Source: Desulfobacterales bacterium (GTDB taxonomy: Bacteria > Desulfobacterota > Desulfobacteria > Desulfobacterales > JAFDCJ01). From it: a DNA stretch of 47,701 nucleotides. Positions 29,552 to 39,192 of the stretch are shown here, piece by piece. Numbering within the stretch: position 1 is the first letter of the stretch; every line of letters begins with the position of its first letter. Below the pieces are notes generated by a model, which had not been told where the DNA came from, searched no databases, and saw only the letters and a program-made list of their open reading frames with translations. The position numbers were made by a program, and so were the translations under genes. The stretch spans positions 1 to 47,701 of the forward strand of contig JASFFJ010000001.1 in assembly GCA_050124355.1 (NCBI GenBank), given 5' to 3'.

Positions 29552-29725
29552 AACCTGTCCGTTGAAGACTAAAAATTCGAATTTCTTACGATAGGAAGAT
29601 CGCAATTGACGATATCGGCACCAGACCATGTTGACAGCAGTGTTACCGCTCTTAATTTTTTTTTAGCCAGACAAATATATTTTGACAAGTGATAATATTT
29701 CATGGATATTGGCTTGAAACACTTA

Positions 29726-30067
29726 TATGAAACTAAATCGAATGACGAATGACGATTGTCGATTGACGAATTGTGGATGTCGCTCTCCGAGGCGTAGGCG
29801 CTAAAACATCTACGAGCCGGAGGCTTCGCTCTGCGCTCTTATAAAAAATAAAATAGAAAGAATTCCTTAATTTGTCATGCCGGACTTGATCCGGCATCCA
29901 GAATTTTATGATGATACTGGATTCCGGCTACCGGATATAGTCCGGCACAGGCCCCGCCGGAATGACGCTTTAAAGAAATTTTGGCTTTTTACTACATCGT
30001 CAAAGTTTCTTTTTTGATCAAACTGGTCGTTTTTTTTTTGGCCAGCGGCTCCCGCTCGTGTGAAACT
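29726..30067. repeat. About 340-bp composite repeat, copy 1
   Basis: Collinear with the reverse complement of 45836-46165. Confidence 0.9.
29784..29824 (+). mobile_element. Hairpin mini-insertion element, copy 2
   Basis: TCTCCGAGGCGTAGGCGCTAAAACATCTACGAGCCGGAGGC. Confidence 0.75.
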
Positions 30068-30288
30068 ACATGAGGCCAAACATTGAATTGCAGTACCACC
30101 TATCGATCGGGTATTGCATTCCATGAGCGTTTCAAGTGTTCAGCGCTCAGGGATTCAGGGCGAGTGGGATCATCGCTCGTATCTGACGCCACAATGCTGG
30201 AGTCTGTTTTTTGATCAAACTGGTTGTTTTTCAGGCTGGCGGTTGGATTCGTCAGATAAATTTAAAAACCGGTTCATTTGTAAAATAT

Positions 30289-31056
30289 ATGACTATTATT
30301 GATCGCGTAAACAAATTGATGGAAAAGGGAGAATCCATCTGCCTGGCTACGGTTATCGCTTCCAAAAACCCGCGGATTGCCGTTGGTGGCAAAGCCATTG
30401 TTCTAAGCGATGGATCGATACAGGGAAATTTAGGCACCGGATCATCGGATTTGAGATTGCGAGACCTGGCACTGACATCCCTCAATGAGAAAAAAAGCCG
30501 AATAATTGATATTGAAGACGGACTTCGTGTTTTTTTTGATGTCCTTTCATTTGAAAATAGGCTGCTGGTATGCGGCGCCGGTCACATCGCTGTTCCCCTG
30601 GCACATTTTGCCCGGGAGGTAGGGTTCAAGGTCAGTGTACTCGATGATCGTGCCGACTTTGCCAATCCGGCCCGTTTTCCGCACTGTGATGTCATTGCCG
30701 AAGAATTCAGCATTGCGCTACGCGATTTTCCCCTGTCTCTTTCCACTTACGTGGTCGTAATCACGAGAGGTCATGAGCACGATGCGGATTGTCTACTCGA
30801 AATATTAAAAAAAGACACGGCCTATGTCGGTCTTATCGGGAGTCGCCGCCGGGTGCGCTTTGTGCTCGATATGCTTAGAAAGAAGGGGATCCCCCAAAAC
30901 CGTCTGCAAGAAGTTTTCACTCCAATTGGAACCCCCATTGGGGGCGAATCCCCCGCAGAGATCGCTCTTTCCATTGCGGCCGAGCTGGTCTGCGTACGCC
31001 GTAAGGGACCCCATCAGGCTCGGTCACTGCGCGCCGCTATAGGAATCAACCCATGA
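30289..31056 (+). CDS. XdhC/CoxI family molybdenum hydroxylase accessory protein
   Basis: CoxI-like N-domain; CGAGHIA, VLDDR, TRGHEHD, IGSRRR, PIGGESPAEIALSI. ATG 30289 is preferred because the track start (30211) lies in a repeat. Confidence 0.88.
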   Translation: MTIIDRVNKLMEKGESICLATVIASKNPRIAVGGKAIVLSDGSIQGNLGTGSSDLRLRDLALTSLNEKKSRIIDIEDGLRVFFDVLSFENRLLVCGAGHIAVPLAHFAREVGFKVSVLDDRADFANPARFPHCDVIAEEFSIALRDFPLSLSTYVVVITRGHEHDADCLLEILKKDTAYVGLIGSRRRVRFVLDMLRKKGIPQNRLQEVFTPIGTPIGGESPAEIALSIAAELVCVRRKGPHQARSLRAAIGINP

Positions 31057-31370
31057 ATGACCAGGAAATATTTCGAAAAATTGCCGAACTGAAAAATCAA
31101 GGCAACGCCGTCAGTCTGGCCACCATCGTGGAAGCTAAAGGTTCGACCCCGCGGGAGGTGGGTGCAAAAATGATCGTGTGTGCCGACGGTACCGTTTACG
31201 GTTCCGTGGGCGGAGGATGCGGTGAAAGCCAAGTAAAAAGTGCCGCCCTTCGCTGTCTCCTCACCAAAAACAAAACCGAATTGATAAAGGTAAGTCTTTT
31301 GGACGACCTGGGCACGAAAGGTGGAGATGTGTGTGGGGGGACCATGCGGCTGTTTGTCGAGAAAGTCTAA
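31053..31370 (+). CDS. Stand-alone XdhC/CoxI N-terminal domain protein
   Basis: LATIVEAKGSTPREVGAKM, GSVGGGCGE, CGGTM; ATGA overlap. Confidence 0.88.
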   Translation: MNDQEIFRKIAELKNQGNAVSLATIVEAKGSTPREVGAKMIVCADGTVYGSVGGGCGESQVKSAALRCLLTKNKTELIKVSLLDDLGTKGGDVCGGTMRLFVEKV

Positions 31371-31388
31371 CAAAATCCTAAACTGATC

Positions 31389-31582
31389 GGTTCCTGGTTC
31401 CTGGTTCAGGGTTCAAAGGTTACAACTCTTTGAAATTGCATAATATATTGATCAAGATCTGGGATGCCCGACGTCACCCATTGGGTGAAAATGCGCTATT
31501 AACACCTAACGGCTCAATCCCTTTGATAGGATCTGTTTGAAAGTTTTTCAACCCTGAACGTTGAACCCTGAACCGCTTAACC
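31389..31582. repeat. Element bounded by inverted heptamer arrays
   Basis: GGTTCCTGGTTCCTGGTTCAGGGTTCAAAGGTT ... AACCCTGAACGTTGAACCCTGAACCGCTTAACC. Confidence 0.65.
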
Positions 31583-31651
31583 TTGGAGAATATATCTTGG
31601 ATTTAGTTGTCTGATTTCGAATTTAATAAAATTGATAGGGAACCGCGCGGC

Positions 31652-31735
31652 AAAACACAAAGGGTGGCTCAGAACGAACCACCCAAAAAGGAGAGATTGA
31701 GAGGTTAATACCAAGCCGCCCCCTCATGCGTTCAT
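31652..31735 (-). ncRNA. Candidate small regulatory RNA with anti-SD linker and intrinsic terminator
   Basis: Minus strand: UGAGGGG/CCUCUCA stem, then AUCUCUCCUUUUU, then GGGUGGUUC-GUUCU-GAGCCACCC-UUUGUGUUUU. Both flanking genes are on the plus strand. Confidence 0.45.
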
Positions 31736-31947
31736 CATTAGCAAGAAAACAAAAAAATTCAATGGGGTAAACACCGTATTTTTCTTACATAAGATGAGTA
31801 ATTGTTTTCCTAACCTGACCACCGGCCCGGAACCAAAAATTAAAAAATCGAGAAAATCAAGTATTGTGCCACAAGCGGCGAGATGCTGGATACTGCATAC
31901 TCGATGCTGGTTAAAATAAAGATAGTTACCCTTTTAAATCCCGTATC

Positions 31948-31988
31948 TCTCCGAGGCGTAGGCTCGATCGGCTCTACGAGCCGGAGGC
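31948..31988 (+). mobile_element. Hairpin mini-insertion element, copy 3
   Basis: TCTCCGAGGCGTAGGCTCGATCGGCTCTACGAGCCGGAGGC, inside a heptamer array (ATCCCGTATC|CAGAAACCCGCATCCAGCATC). Confidence 0.75.
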
Positions 31989-32106
31989 CAGAAACCCGCA
32001 TCCAGCATCATTCCAATAACGTGTTGACAAGATTCAATTTAAACGCTTACCACAAAACACATTAATATAGTTACTAAACAACCAGAAGATAAGGTTCGTC
32101 GAAAAA

Positions 32107-32943
32107 ATGTACGACTTCCAGCAATGGTGGCAACATCTGCCGCAAAACATAAGCCCAGTAATTTTCGAAATCGGCGGGTTCAAGCTCCAGTATTACGGTT
32201 TGATGTATATCGTGGCCTTTGCTATCACGTTTTTTCTGGTTCTATATCGCCTCAAACGTGAAAATCGATTCGAATTTACCACCGATCAGATCAAGGACAT
32301 CATGACCTACCTGATCCTGGGTCTGATCATTGGCGCCCGTCTGGGCTATGTGCTGTTTTACAATCTTTCCTATTACATCGAGCATCCTCTCGAAATCATC
32401 GTTCCCTTTTCATTCTCAAACGGCATTACCTTCACGGGTATCTCTGGTATGTCATATCACGGTGGACTTATCGGGGCGACGTTGGCCGCCTGGTTTTACT
32501 TTAACAAAACCAAACTAAATTGGTGGAGTGGCGTTGATCTGTTTGTACCGGTTATCCCGCTAGGGTATACGTTTGGACGTTTGGGCAATTTTATCAATGG
32601 TGAACTATTCGGCCGGGTAACGACTTCAGCCGTCGGGATGTATTTTCCCATGGCGCCTGCCGGACAGCTAAGACATCCGTCGCAACTTTATGAAGCCTTT
32701 TTTGAGGGCATTTTTCTGTTCGTGATTTTATGGAGTCTCCGCAAAATAAAAATCCCCAATGGCGCGATGCTTGCGCTCTACCTGATCGGCTATGGAATTG
32801 TGCGATTTTTTATTGAATATTTCCGCGAACCAGATGCGCATCTAGGATTTGTATGGTTCTCTTTTTCCATGGGGCAGATCCTCTGCCTGCTGATGATCGC
32901 CACAGGGATTCTTTTGTATGTTTATTTATGGCGGCGGGAATAA
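32107..32943 (+). CDS. lgt: Prolipoprotein diacylglyceryl transferase
   Basis: YYGLMY, GARLGYVLFY, GMSYHGG, GRLGNFINGELFGR, RHPSQLYE. Confidence 0.97.
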   Translation: MYDFQQWWQHLPQNISPVIFEIGGFKLQYYGLMYIVAFAITFFLVLYRLKRENRFEFTTDQIKDIMTYLILGLIIGARLGYVLFYNLSYYIEHPLEIIVPFSFSNGITFTGISGMSYHGGLIGATLAAWFYFNKTKLNWWSGVDLFVPVIPLGYTFGRLGNFINGELFGRVTTSAVGMYFPMAPAGQLRHPSQLYEAFFEGIFLFVILWSLRKIKIPNGAMLALYLIGYGIVRFFIEYFREPDAHLGFVWFSFSMGQILCLLMIATGILLYVYLWRRE

Positions 32944-33272
32944 ATCTATGAAATTATAGCGTGCCAAGTTTGATAGGGTCGCAAAAAGGCACAAAAATTT
33001 CTGCGTCTTGACATCTGTTTTTTTGATGCTAGATTCACTGTAATATCCTTGGCTTGAAAGCTGTCTAAATATACTGTATCAAAATGGAATTATAACCCCA
33101 ATAAAGCTAATATCGACGCCAGCGGATATTTGGTTGCAATCCGTTGATAGATGAGAAATTTGATTTCAGAACGATTCACTCGAAGTCTATAATTGTTGGC
33201 GCAACCACAGACATTTGTGTTGCATCAGATTCTACGACACCTCCGTAGTTCTGAAATTAGGGAGACAATCCT

Positions 33273-33827
33273 ATGCATATGCTGGTTGGCCTTCTCTTGA
33301 CCAGGCTTCTGAAACACGCCCACTCAAAAAGTGGAAATCTCCCACACATTCGGGGAAAATTTGAAGTCATCCACACACTGCCCGGGCGGATCCGGTTTCG
33401 GATTCCGATGCTCGAAGGCCAAGATCCTGAGGTCATCGACAGCGTCGGAAAAGAACTTAAACGCTTACCCGAAATCAACAGCGTTGATTTAAATCCGATC
33501 TCCGGAAGTTTGGTATTAGATTATCATGATGAAGAAATTAACGCCGCCATTATCTGTGGTATATTGCTAAAGCTGCTGGGCTTGGAGCAAGACTTGGACG
33601 CTCAACCGCAATCCTTAATCCAGAAGGAATTAAATTTAATCGGCACCTCACTGAATCGCCAGGTTTATAATTCCAGTGCCGGTATTTTCGATATAACCTC
33701 CGCGCTGTCATTAAGCATTTTTGCATTAGGAATGTATAAGATTATTGTTCAGCGAGATCGCAATACCCCAAGCGGCTTCAGCCTTTTATGGTGGGCCTAT
33801 GTAATCTTTAAAAGTGGTAATCGTTAA
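33273..33827 (+). CDS. HMA2-domain protein with C-terminal membrane segments
   Basis: VIHTLPGRIRF ... NPISGSLVLDY; hydrophobic C-terminus ending LLWWAY. Confidence 0.75.
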   Translation: MHMLVGLLLTRLLKHAHSKSGNLPHIRGKFEVIHTLPGRIRFRIPMLEGQDPEVIDSVGKELKRLPEINSVDLNPISGSLVLDYHDEEINAAIICGILLKLLGLEQDLDAQPQSLIQKELNLIGTSLNRQVYNSSAGIFDITSALSLSIFALGMYKIIVQRDRNTPSGFSLLWWAYVIFKSGNR

Positions 33828-34203
33828 GGTGTTTGATTCTTTTAAAAGTAGATTCAAATTTTTGGCCGCGCCGCGCGTTGTTCATAACTTGCCGGGTCGG
33901 GTGCGCATCCACTTCCCAGCCCTGAAAAGGTTATCGTCTCACTGGCACCGGTATTCAGCGCCTGTCGCCGAGTTGGTCAAAATAAAACGGGGAATTCAGA
34001 ACACAAGCATCCAGCCGATGACCGGCAGCGTACTCATCACCTATGATGCCGATACCCTGGGACAAAAGGAGGTCCTTAATTGGTTGGAATCCATCGCAAC
34101 AATTTTTACGAACAACCTTCGCGATTATACATCTCTTTCCGAACACAATTTCGAATCTTTGCTGAATCGCGTCAAAATTGAGCTGATGGATTTGGAAAAA
34201 TGA
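33814..34203 (+). CDS. Soluble HMA2-domain protein
   Basis: VVHNLPGRVRIH ... QPMTGSVLITYD. Confidence 0.75.
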   Translation: MVIVKVFDSFKSRFKFLAAPRVVHNLPGRVRIHFPALKRLSSHWHRYSAPVAELVKIKRGIQNTSIQPMTGSVLITYDADTLGQKEVLNWLESIATIFTNNLRDYTSLSEHNFESLLNRVKIELMDLEK

Positions 34204-34227
34204 GTTGAAAGATGCTGGGAGTTGGTA

Positions 34228-36429
34228 ATGCTGTTGCAAAGTAAAAAAAAGCCGCTGTTGACATGTGACGTACTACACAGTTTGCCGGGTAGAATAAGAA
34301 TCGGTTGCCGGGCACTGCTTCATCTGGCTGCACACCGCCAAGATCTCGAGGATCGCTTAACGTCTGATTTTGCGATCTCAAAAGCCACCGTTTCTCCGCT
34401 CTCAGAAAATGTTCTTATTTTTTTTGATAATAAAAAAACCAATGCCAAAGAAATCCTCGAGATAACCGAGAACATGATAGCCGCCTATTCCACTGTGGCC
34501 TATAAGTCCGACCGTGAAGAAAAAAATAAGCAGACCGTTCAGGAAAGACGTTTACAGGAAGAGCCAATTGGTGAAATGCTGGGGCGCATCGGAATTAACC
34601 TCCTAACGCTGGTTTACTCCTATATCAAAAAACCGCCCCCCCCAACAACATTTCTCGGAAAATTCACCAATATTAATGCCCTCACAGCACTTTCTTTATC
34701 AAGGCCTATTTTCAAAAGCGGGCTGAATGCGCTCAAAGATCATCGTCGACCCAATGCAGATACGTTGAGTGCAGCTGCAATATTAGCAAGCCTCCTGACG
34801 GGTAAAAGCTCATCTTCTCTGACCATCATATTGCTGGCGGATATCGCCGAACTGCTAACCGCATATACGATGGAAAGAACGCGAAGTGCGATAAAAGGTA
34901 TGCTTTCCATTGGAGATCAGTACGCCTGGAAAGTCAATCAACGCGGTAAGGAAATCCGAGTATTATTATCTGAAATCGAACCCAACGATATGGTGGCAGT
35001 GCACACCGGTGACAAGGTACCGGTTGATGGAACCGTCGTCGAGGGAGAAGCCTCCATTGATCAGGCGTCGCTGACCGGAGAGTTTATACCGGTTGTAAAA
35101 TCACGTGATGATGTCATCTATGCCGGCTCAACCGTCAAGTCGGGCAATATCACCATAAAAGCTGAACGCGTCGGGGATGATCGTGCAATATCACGAATCG
35201 TTCATATGGTAGAAGAGGCCCAAAGCAGAAAAGCACCAGTTCAGGCCTATGCCGACCGATTTTCGGCTCAATTTATCCCCATTAACTTTTTGTTGTCTCT
35301 CATCGTTTATTTTGTCACCAAAAGCCCCGCGCGGGCACTAAACATGCTGATCATAGATTACTCCTGTGGCGTTCGTCTTTCAACGGCAACAGCATTCGCC
35401 GCCGCAGTTTGCAGAACTGCCGCCCAGGGTGTTTTGGTGAAAGGCGGAAATTTCATCGAGTTGCTCAACGACTCCGACACATTAATCCTGGATAAAACCG
35501 GAACGATCACCGAGGGAAGACCCAAAGTGGTTTCGGTGTATTCAGTCAACGGAAGAAATGAAACCAGGGACATCGTCGAACTGGCTGCTGCCTGCGAAGA
35601 AACCACCAATCATCCGATTGCGCTGGCGATCTTGAATAAAGTCAGGGAAATGGGATGGATAATTCCCGATCATTCCAAAGTAAAGGTCGTGATGGGAAAG
35701 GGTGTTGAAACGACGGTGAAGCGGCAAAAGATTCGCGTTGGCAACGCTGCTTTCATGGCGGACGCGAAAATTCCGCTTTCAATTCCGGATCAGACGGTTC
35801 AGATGATGAACAAAAAAGGAGAAAATGTTGTTTACGTTGCCAGGGGGAAGAACCTGTTGGGAGTAATCGGAATTCAAGATAGTTTAAGAGAGGATATGAA
35901 GAAAACCCTCAATCGACTCCGCCGGCAGGGATACGACGACATCGTTCTCCTCACCGGTGATGTCGAAGAACATGCCAATCTGATGGCGTCAAAAATGGCA
36001 TTGGACAGCTATAAGGCCCAGGTTTTGCCCGAAGACAAGGCCGATATGGTTTTAAAAATTCAAGCCAAAGGTAACAAAGTGGTGATGGTGGGAGATGGTG
36101 TCAACGATGCCCCGGCATTGGCCTACGCTGATGTCGGCGTTTCACTGGGCAGAGGCAGCACGGAAATCAGCATTGAGACTGCCGACATCGCGATAAATTC
36201 CGACAATCCGCTGTTGCTGACCGGAATCATTGGTCTGTCACAAAAAACCATGGGCATTGTAAAGCAGAATTTTGCCACTGCCATCGGTGTAAATACGGTT
36301 GGACTGATGCTGGCCTCGATGGGTATTCTCCCGGTATTTTGGGCGGCTGTTTTACACAATGCGACGACAATTGCGGTGGTGATGAATTCTGGCCGAATCC
36401 TTTTTAGCGATATCACCAAAGAAATATAA
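34228..36429 (+). CDS. Heavy-metal translocating P1B-type ATPase with N-terminal HMA2 domain
   Basis: VLHSLPGRIRI, LTGE, IIDYSCG (TM6), DKTGT, HP, GDGVND, LHNATT. ATG 34228 follows GGGAG (track start is 34222). Confidence 0.93.
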   Translation: MLLQSKKKPLLTCDVLHSLPGRIRIGCRALLHLAAHRQDLEDRLTSDFAISKATVSPLSENVLIFFDNKKTNAKEILEITENMIAAYSTVAYKSDREEKNKQTVQERRLQEEPIGEMLGRIGINLLTLVYSYIKKPPPPTTFLGKFTNINALTALSLSRPIFKSGLNALKDHRRPNADTLSAAAILASLLTGKSSSSLTIILLADIAELLTAYTMERTRSAIKGMLSIGDQYAWKVNQRGKEIRVLLSEIEPNDMVAVHTGDKVPVDGTVVEGEASIDQASLTGEFIPVVKSRDDVIYAGSTVKSGNITIKAERVGDDRAISRIVHMVEEAQSRKAPVQAYADRFSAQFIPINFLLSLIVYFVTKSPARALNMLIIDYSCGVRLSTATAFAAAVCRTAAQGVLVKGGNFIELLNDSDTLILDKTGTITEGRPKVVSVYSVNGRNETRDIVELAAACEETTNHPIALAILNKVREMGWIIPDHSKVKVVMGKGVETTVKRQKIRVGNAAFMADAKIPLSIPDQTVQMMNKKGENVVYVARGKNLLGVIGIQDSLREDMKKTLNRLRRQGYDDIVLLTGDVEEHANLMASKMALDSYKAQVLPEDKADMVLKIQAKGNKVVMVGDGVNDAPALAYADVGVSLGRGSTEISIETADIAINSDNPLLLTGIIGLSQKTMGIVKQNFATAIGVNTVGLMLASMGILPVFWAAVLHNATTIAVVMNSGRILFSDITKEI

Positions 36430-37278
36430 ATGGAACCAGATATAAATATTGTTATAGCGCATACTTTGCCCGGCAGGCTTCGGATTCGTTTTTCCCACCC
36501 GTTTAGAAAACAGGAAGATCTGGCGGAAATCATCAAAAAACACGCCGGCGTCATTTTTGCAAGGTACACCGCTGTTACTCAAAATCTGGTTGTGAAATAC
36601 AATCCCAAAGATATCACCACCGAGGAAGTTATTCTTAGAGCAAGTCTGGCATTCTCCGTTGAGTACGATCTTTGTCCGGTTCAGATTCAATCCGCGGAAC
36701 AAAATGTCGCGTTGGGAAATTTATCGTTGTTTGCTGGATTTAGTCTATTGATCAGCCATCTGTTCAATTTAATGTCCACCAAGTCTCATAAATTTACGGC
36801 ATTGAATCTGATCAGCAGTATGACAACCCTGGTCGCTGTATTGGATCATGTATATCAGGACCTGAAGCAGAAGCGGCAGTTCCATCCGGAAGTATTTTCA
36901 TTATATTATTTGGTACTTGCATTTATAAAAGGCGACGTCTTGAAAGGGGCAACGTTCACTTGGTTCCTGACATTTGCCAGACATATGCTTGAGGTGCCGG
37001 CCGGTTCGCTGGTGGTGAAAACCATTAAATCAGACCCAACCTGCCATATCCGACACTGTGAGTATGAGGTTACGGTGTCCAAAAAAAAGACGGATAGTAC
37101 GCTGGGTACCTTTTTACAGAGCTTACCGAAAATGGTGTTGAACACCTACCGAGATATAGACGCGACGCTCGAAGACAACTTGCTGCAACAGATAATGTCG
37201 GTGGCCGAATCTCACGATGAAGTGCTTGAAGGTCTGAAAAATCTAAAACAGGGAATTTTGTTAAAAGTTGAGTATTAA
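36430..37278 (+). CDS. HMA2-domain membrane protein
   Basis: IAHTLPGRLRIRF; central hydrophobic helices; CHIRHC; starts immediately after the ATPase stop (TAAATG). Confidence 0.72.
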   Translation: MEPDINIVIAHTLPGRLRIRFSHPFRKQEDLAEIIKKHAGVIFARYTAVTQNLVVKYNPKDITTEEVILRASLAFSVEYDLCPVQIQSAEQNVALGNLSLFAGFSLLISHLFNLMSTKSHKFTALNLISSMTTLVAVLDHVYQDLKQKRQFHPEVFSLYYLVLAFIKGDVLKGATFTWFLTFARHMLEVPAGSLVVKTIKSDPTCHIRHCEYEVTVSKKKTDSTLGTFLQSLPKMVLNTYRDIDATLEDNLLQQIMSVAESHDEVLEGLKNLKQGILLKVEY

Positions 37279-37314
37279 AAAATCATAAAATTTAAGAGAT
37301 GAAAGGGGAAAAAT

Positions 37315-37590
37315 ATGGCAATAAGAGGTGAACATCTTATCGGCTTTGCAATCGGGATTGGGGCTTCGGCAGCGGGATATTATCTTTACAAAAAAAACCA
37401 GACAAAAGTAAATACGTTTCTGGGCGAACATGGCATCAATATCAGTTCTGTTTTTGAAAAGGACCGAAATGCGATGTCGCTCAAGGAGCTCATCCTGGCA
37501 AAAGAGGAGCTTGAAGATCTGATCGCCGAGAAAGAGCATGCCGAAAGGGAAGAAAAGAAATCAAAGAAAACGAAAGCCGAGAAGAATTGA
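37315..37590 (+). CDS. Small membrane-anchored coiled-coil protein of the P1B-ATPase operon
   Basis: GFAIGIGASAAGYYLYKKNQ and ELILAKEELEDLIAEKE; AGGGG RBS. Confidence 0.7.
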   Translation: MAIRGEHLIGFAIGIGASAAGYYLYKKNQTKVNTFLGEHGINISSVFEKDRNAMSLKELILAKEELEDLIAEKEHAEREEKKSKKTKAEKN

Positions 37591-37617
37591 TAAGTTGGCT
37601 CCGTTTTCCCGATAAAC

Positions 37618-38181
37618 ATGAGCAAAACAAAAGAAAAAGATTTTAACTATCCGATGGCGGTTTTCATTTTTGTCGCAGTAACGGTTTTGGTAGTTATACT
37701 TTCATTGACGCTGAATGATTCTGTTGAATTTTCAAACCAGGTAGCCATCGAGAGTGGTATTCCTGCACCCGATTTTACATTTCCCGGGCTTGATGGGAAA
37801 ATGATCAGTCTTTCCGACTACAAAGGAAAAGTCGTTCTTGTTAATATCTGGGCGACCTGGTGTCCACCCTGTGTTGATGAAATGCCGTCGATGGAAAAAC
37901 TTTACCGTAAATTCAAAGGGGAAAATTTTGAAATTCTGGCAGTCAGTATAGACGAGCCGGGATCCGAAGTGGTGGCCCCGTTTATGGAAAAAAACCGCCT
38001 AACGTTTCCTGCTTTGATCGATTCCAAGGGAGCCATCAAACCTGTTTACAGGATTACCGGAATACCCGAAAGTTTCATCATCGACAAGCAGGGCATTCTC
38101 ACCAAAAAAATTGTCGGCCCGTTAGATTGGGCGGCACCCAAAGTCTTTCGTTTTTTCAGCAAATTAATTCAAACGCCGTAA
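37618..38181 (+). CDS. TlpA/ResA family thiol-disulfide oxidoreductase
   Basis: N-terminal TM helix; APDFTF, NIWATWCPPC, GIPESFIID. Confidence 0.92.
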   Translation: MSKTKEKDFNYPMAVFIFVAVTVLVVILSLTLNDSVEFSNQVAIESGIPAPDFTFPGLDGKMISLSDYKGKVVLVNIWATWCPPCVDEMPSMEKLYRKFKGENFEILAVSIDEPGSEVVAPFMEKNRLTFPALIDSKGAIKPVYRITGIPESFIIDKQGILTKKIVGPLDWAAPKVFRFFSKLIQTP

Positions 38182-38377
38182 GATGATTTACGCCATCCTT
38201 GATCCCGCCGCATGAAAATTTTAGAACCCGCTGAATTCTATTTTATCTCAATATATTAAAAAGCAAATTAATTGCCGACACCGCAACCTATTCCGGCTGG
38301 GAATCCGGCCCCTTGTCGGGTTGCCGGATGTTATCATTTGCTGGTCCCCCGGAGCCCCTCATTCCCGGACCTTTACC

Positions 38378-38812
38378 CTATCCGGGTCCCATGCCGTAGC
38401 CACCTGTGGGAGCATCATAGGGACAATTGCCGGAACGCCAGTAGCGTTTTCCTACTGGTGCCATCATCCCGGGTCCTCCCATACCGCAGCCGCTGGGAGA
38501 TCTCATCATTTGCGGTCCTGGTCCTCTACCGCAGCCACGTCCGGAAGCGCCATGGAGACAATTCTTAGGACCCCGATGGTACTTCCCACAGGGCCCCGTC
38601 TTTCCGCGATGCATCATGTCGGGTCCCATAAGACCGCCGCCCCAAAACCCGCGGCCGAGATCAGGGTTGATTTTTCGGAGTCGTAATATGTGCTCCAGAC
38701 GCTGTTGAGCCATTTGGGCCTTAAAATCAGATATTTCCTTCTGTAATACTGAAGCAGCCGCGGCATCCGGATCCTCTTTGGCCAGCTCACTCGCCAATTC
38801 AAGCCGTAACAT
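38378..38812 (-). pseudogene. ZraP/Spy-like periplasmic chaperone, N-terminal half missing
   Basis: LELASELAKEDPD...LQKEIS...RLEH followed by a Gly/Met/Cys-rich tail; no signal peptide upstream. Confidence 0.6.
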
Positions 38813-38919
38813 GTTTAGGTCATTGGATTTTCTAATTTGGCAGCTATATTTGGTACCGATTTATCCAAATCGCATCATTATTGCCCGTGAGTTATGCCAT
38901 CGCCGAATTGAATATTTTA

Positions 38920-38951
38920 GCCTCCGACTCGAAGACCCTACGGCTCGGGGA
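38920..38951 (-). mobile_element. Hairpin mini-insertion element, copy 4 (short, degenerate)
   Basis: Minus strand TCCCCGAGCCGTAGGGTCTTCGAGTCGGAGGC. Confidence 0.65.
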
Positions 38952-39192
38952 GGAATGCCATCGACGTTTCCCTTGTAATACGTGCCTCATTGGTTGACTG
39001 AACCCTAAGATTTGGATATATCACTACCTAACCCGGTTAAACCGGATAGAATACCCACAAAGGACCAATGACATAAAGTACAGACCTGGTTGAAGGGTTT
39101 ACTGGTTTAATGGTTGAATAGGTAAATTATAATCATAATTTCAGAACGTTACGATTTTTGGAACATGAAATGTCCAATTATTTTGCAACTAA

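Noticed and set aside
30211-30288. N-terminal extension of XdhC in the ORF track
   Set aside because: It begins inside a copy of the TTTGATCAAACTGG repeat module; ATG 30289 is more plausible.
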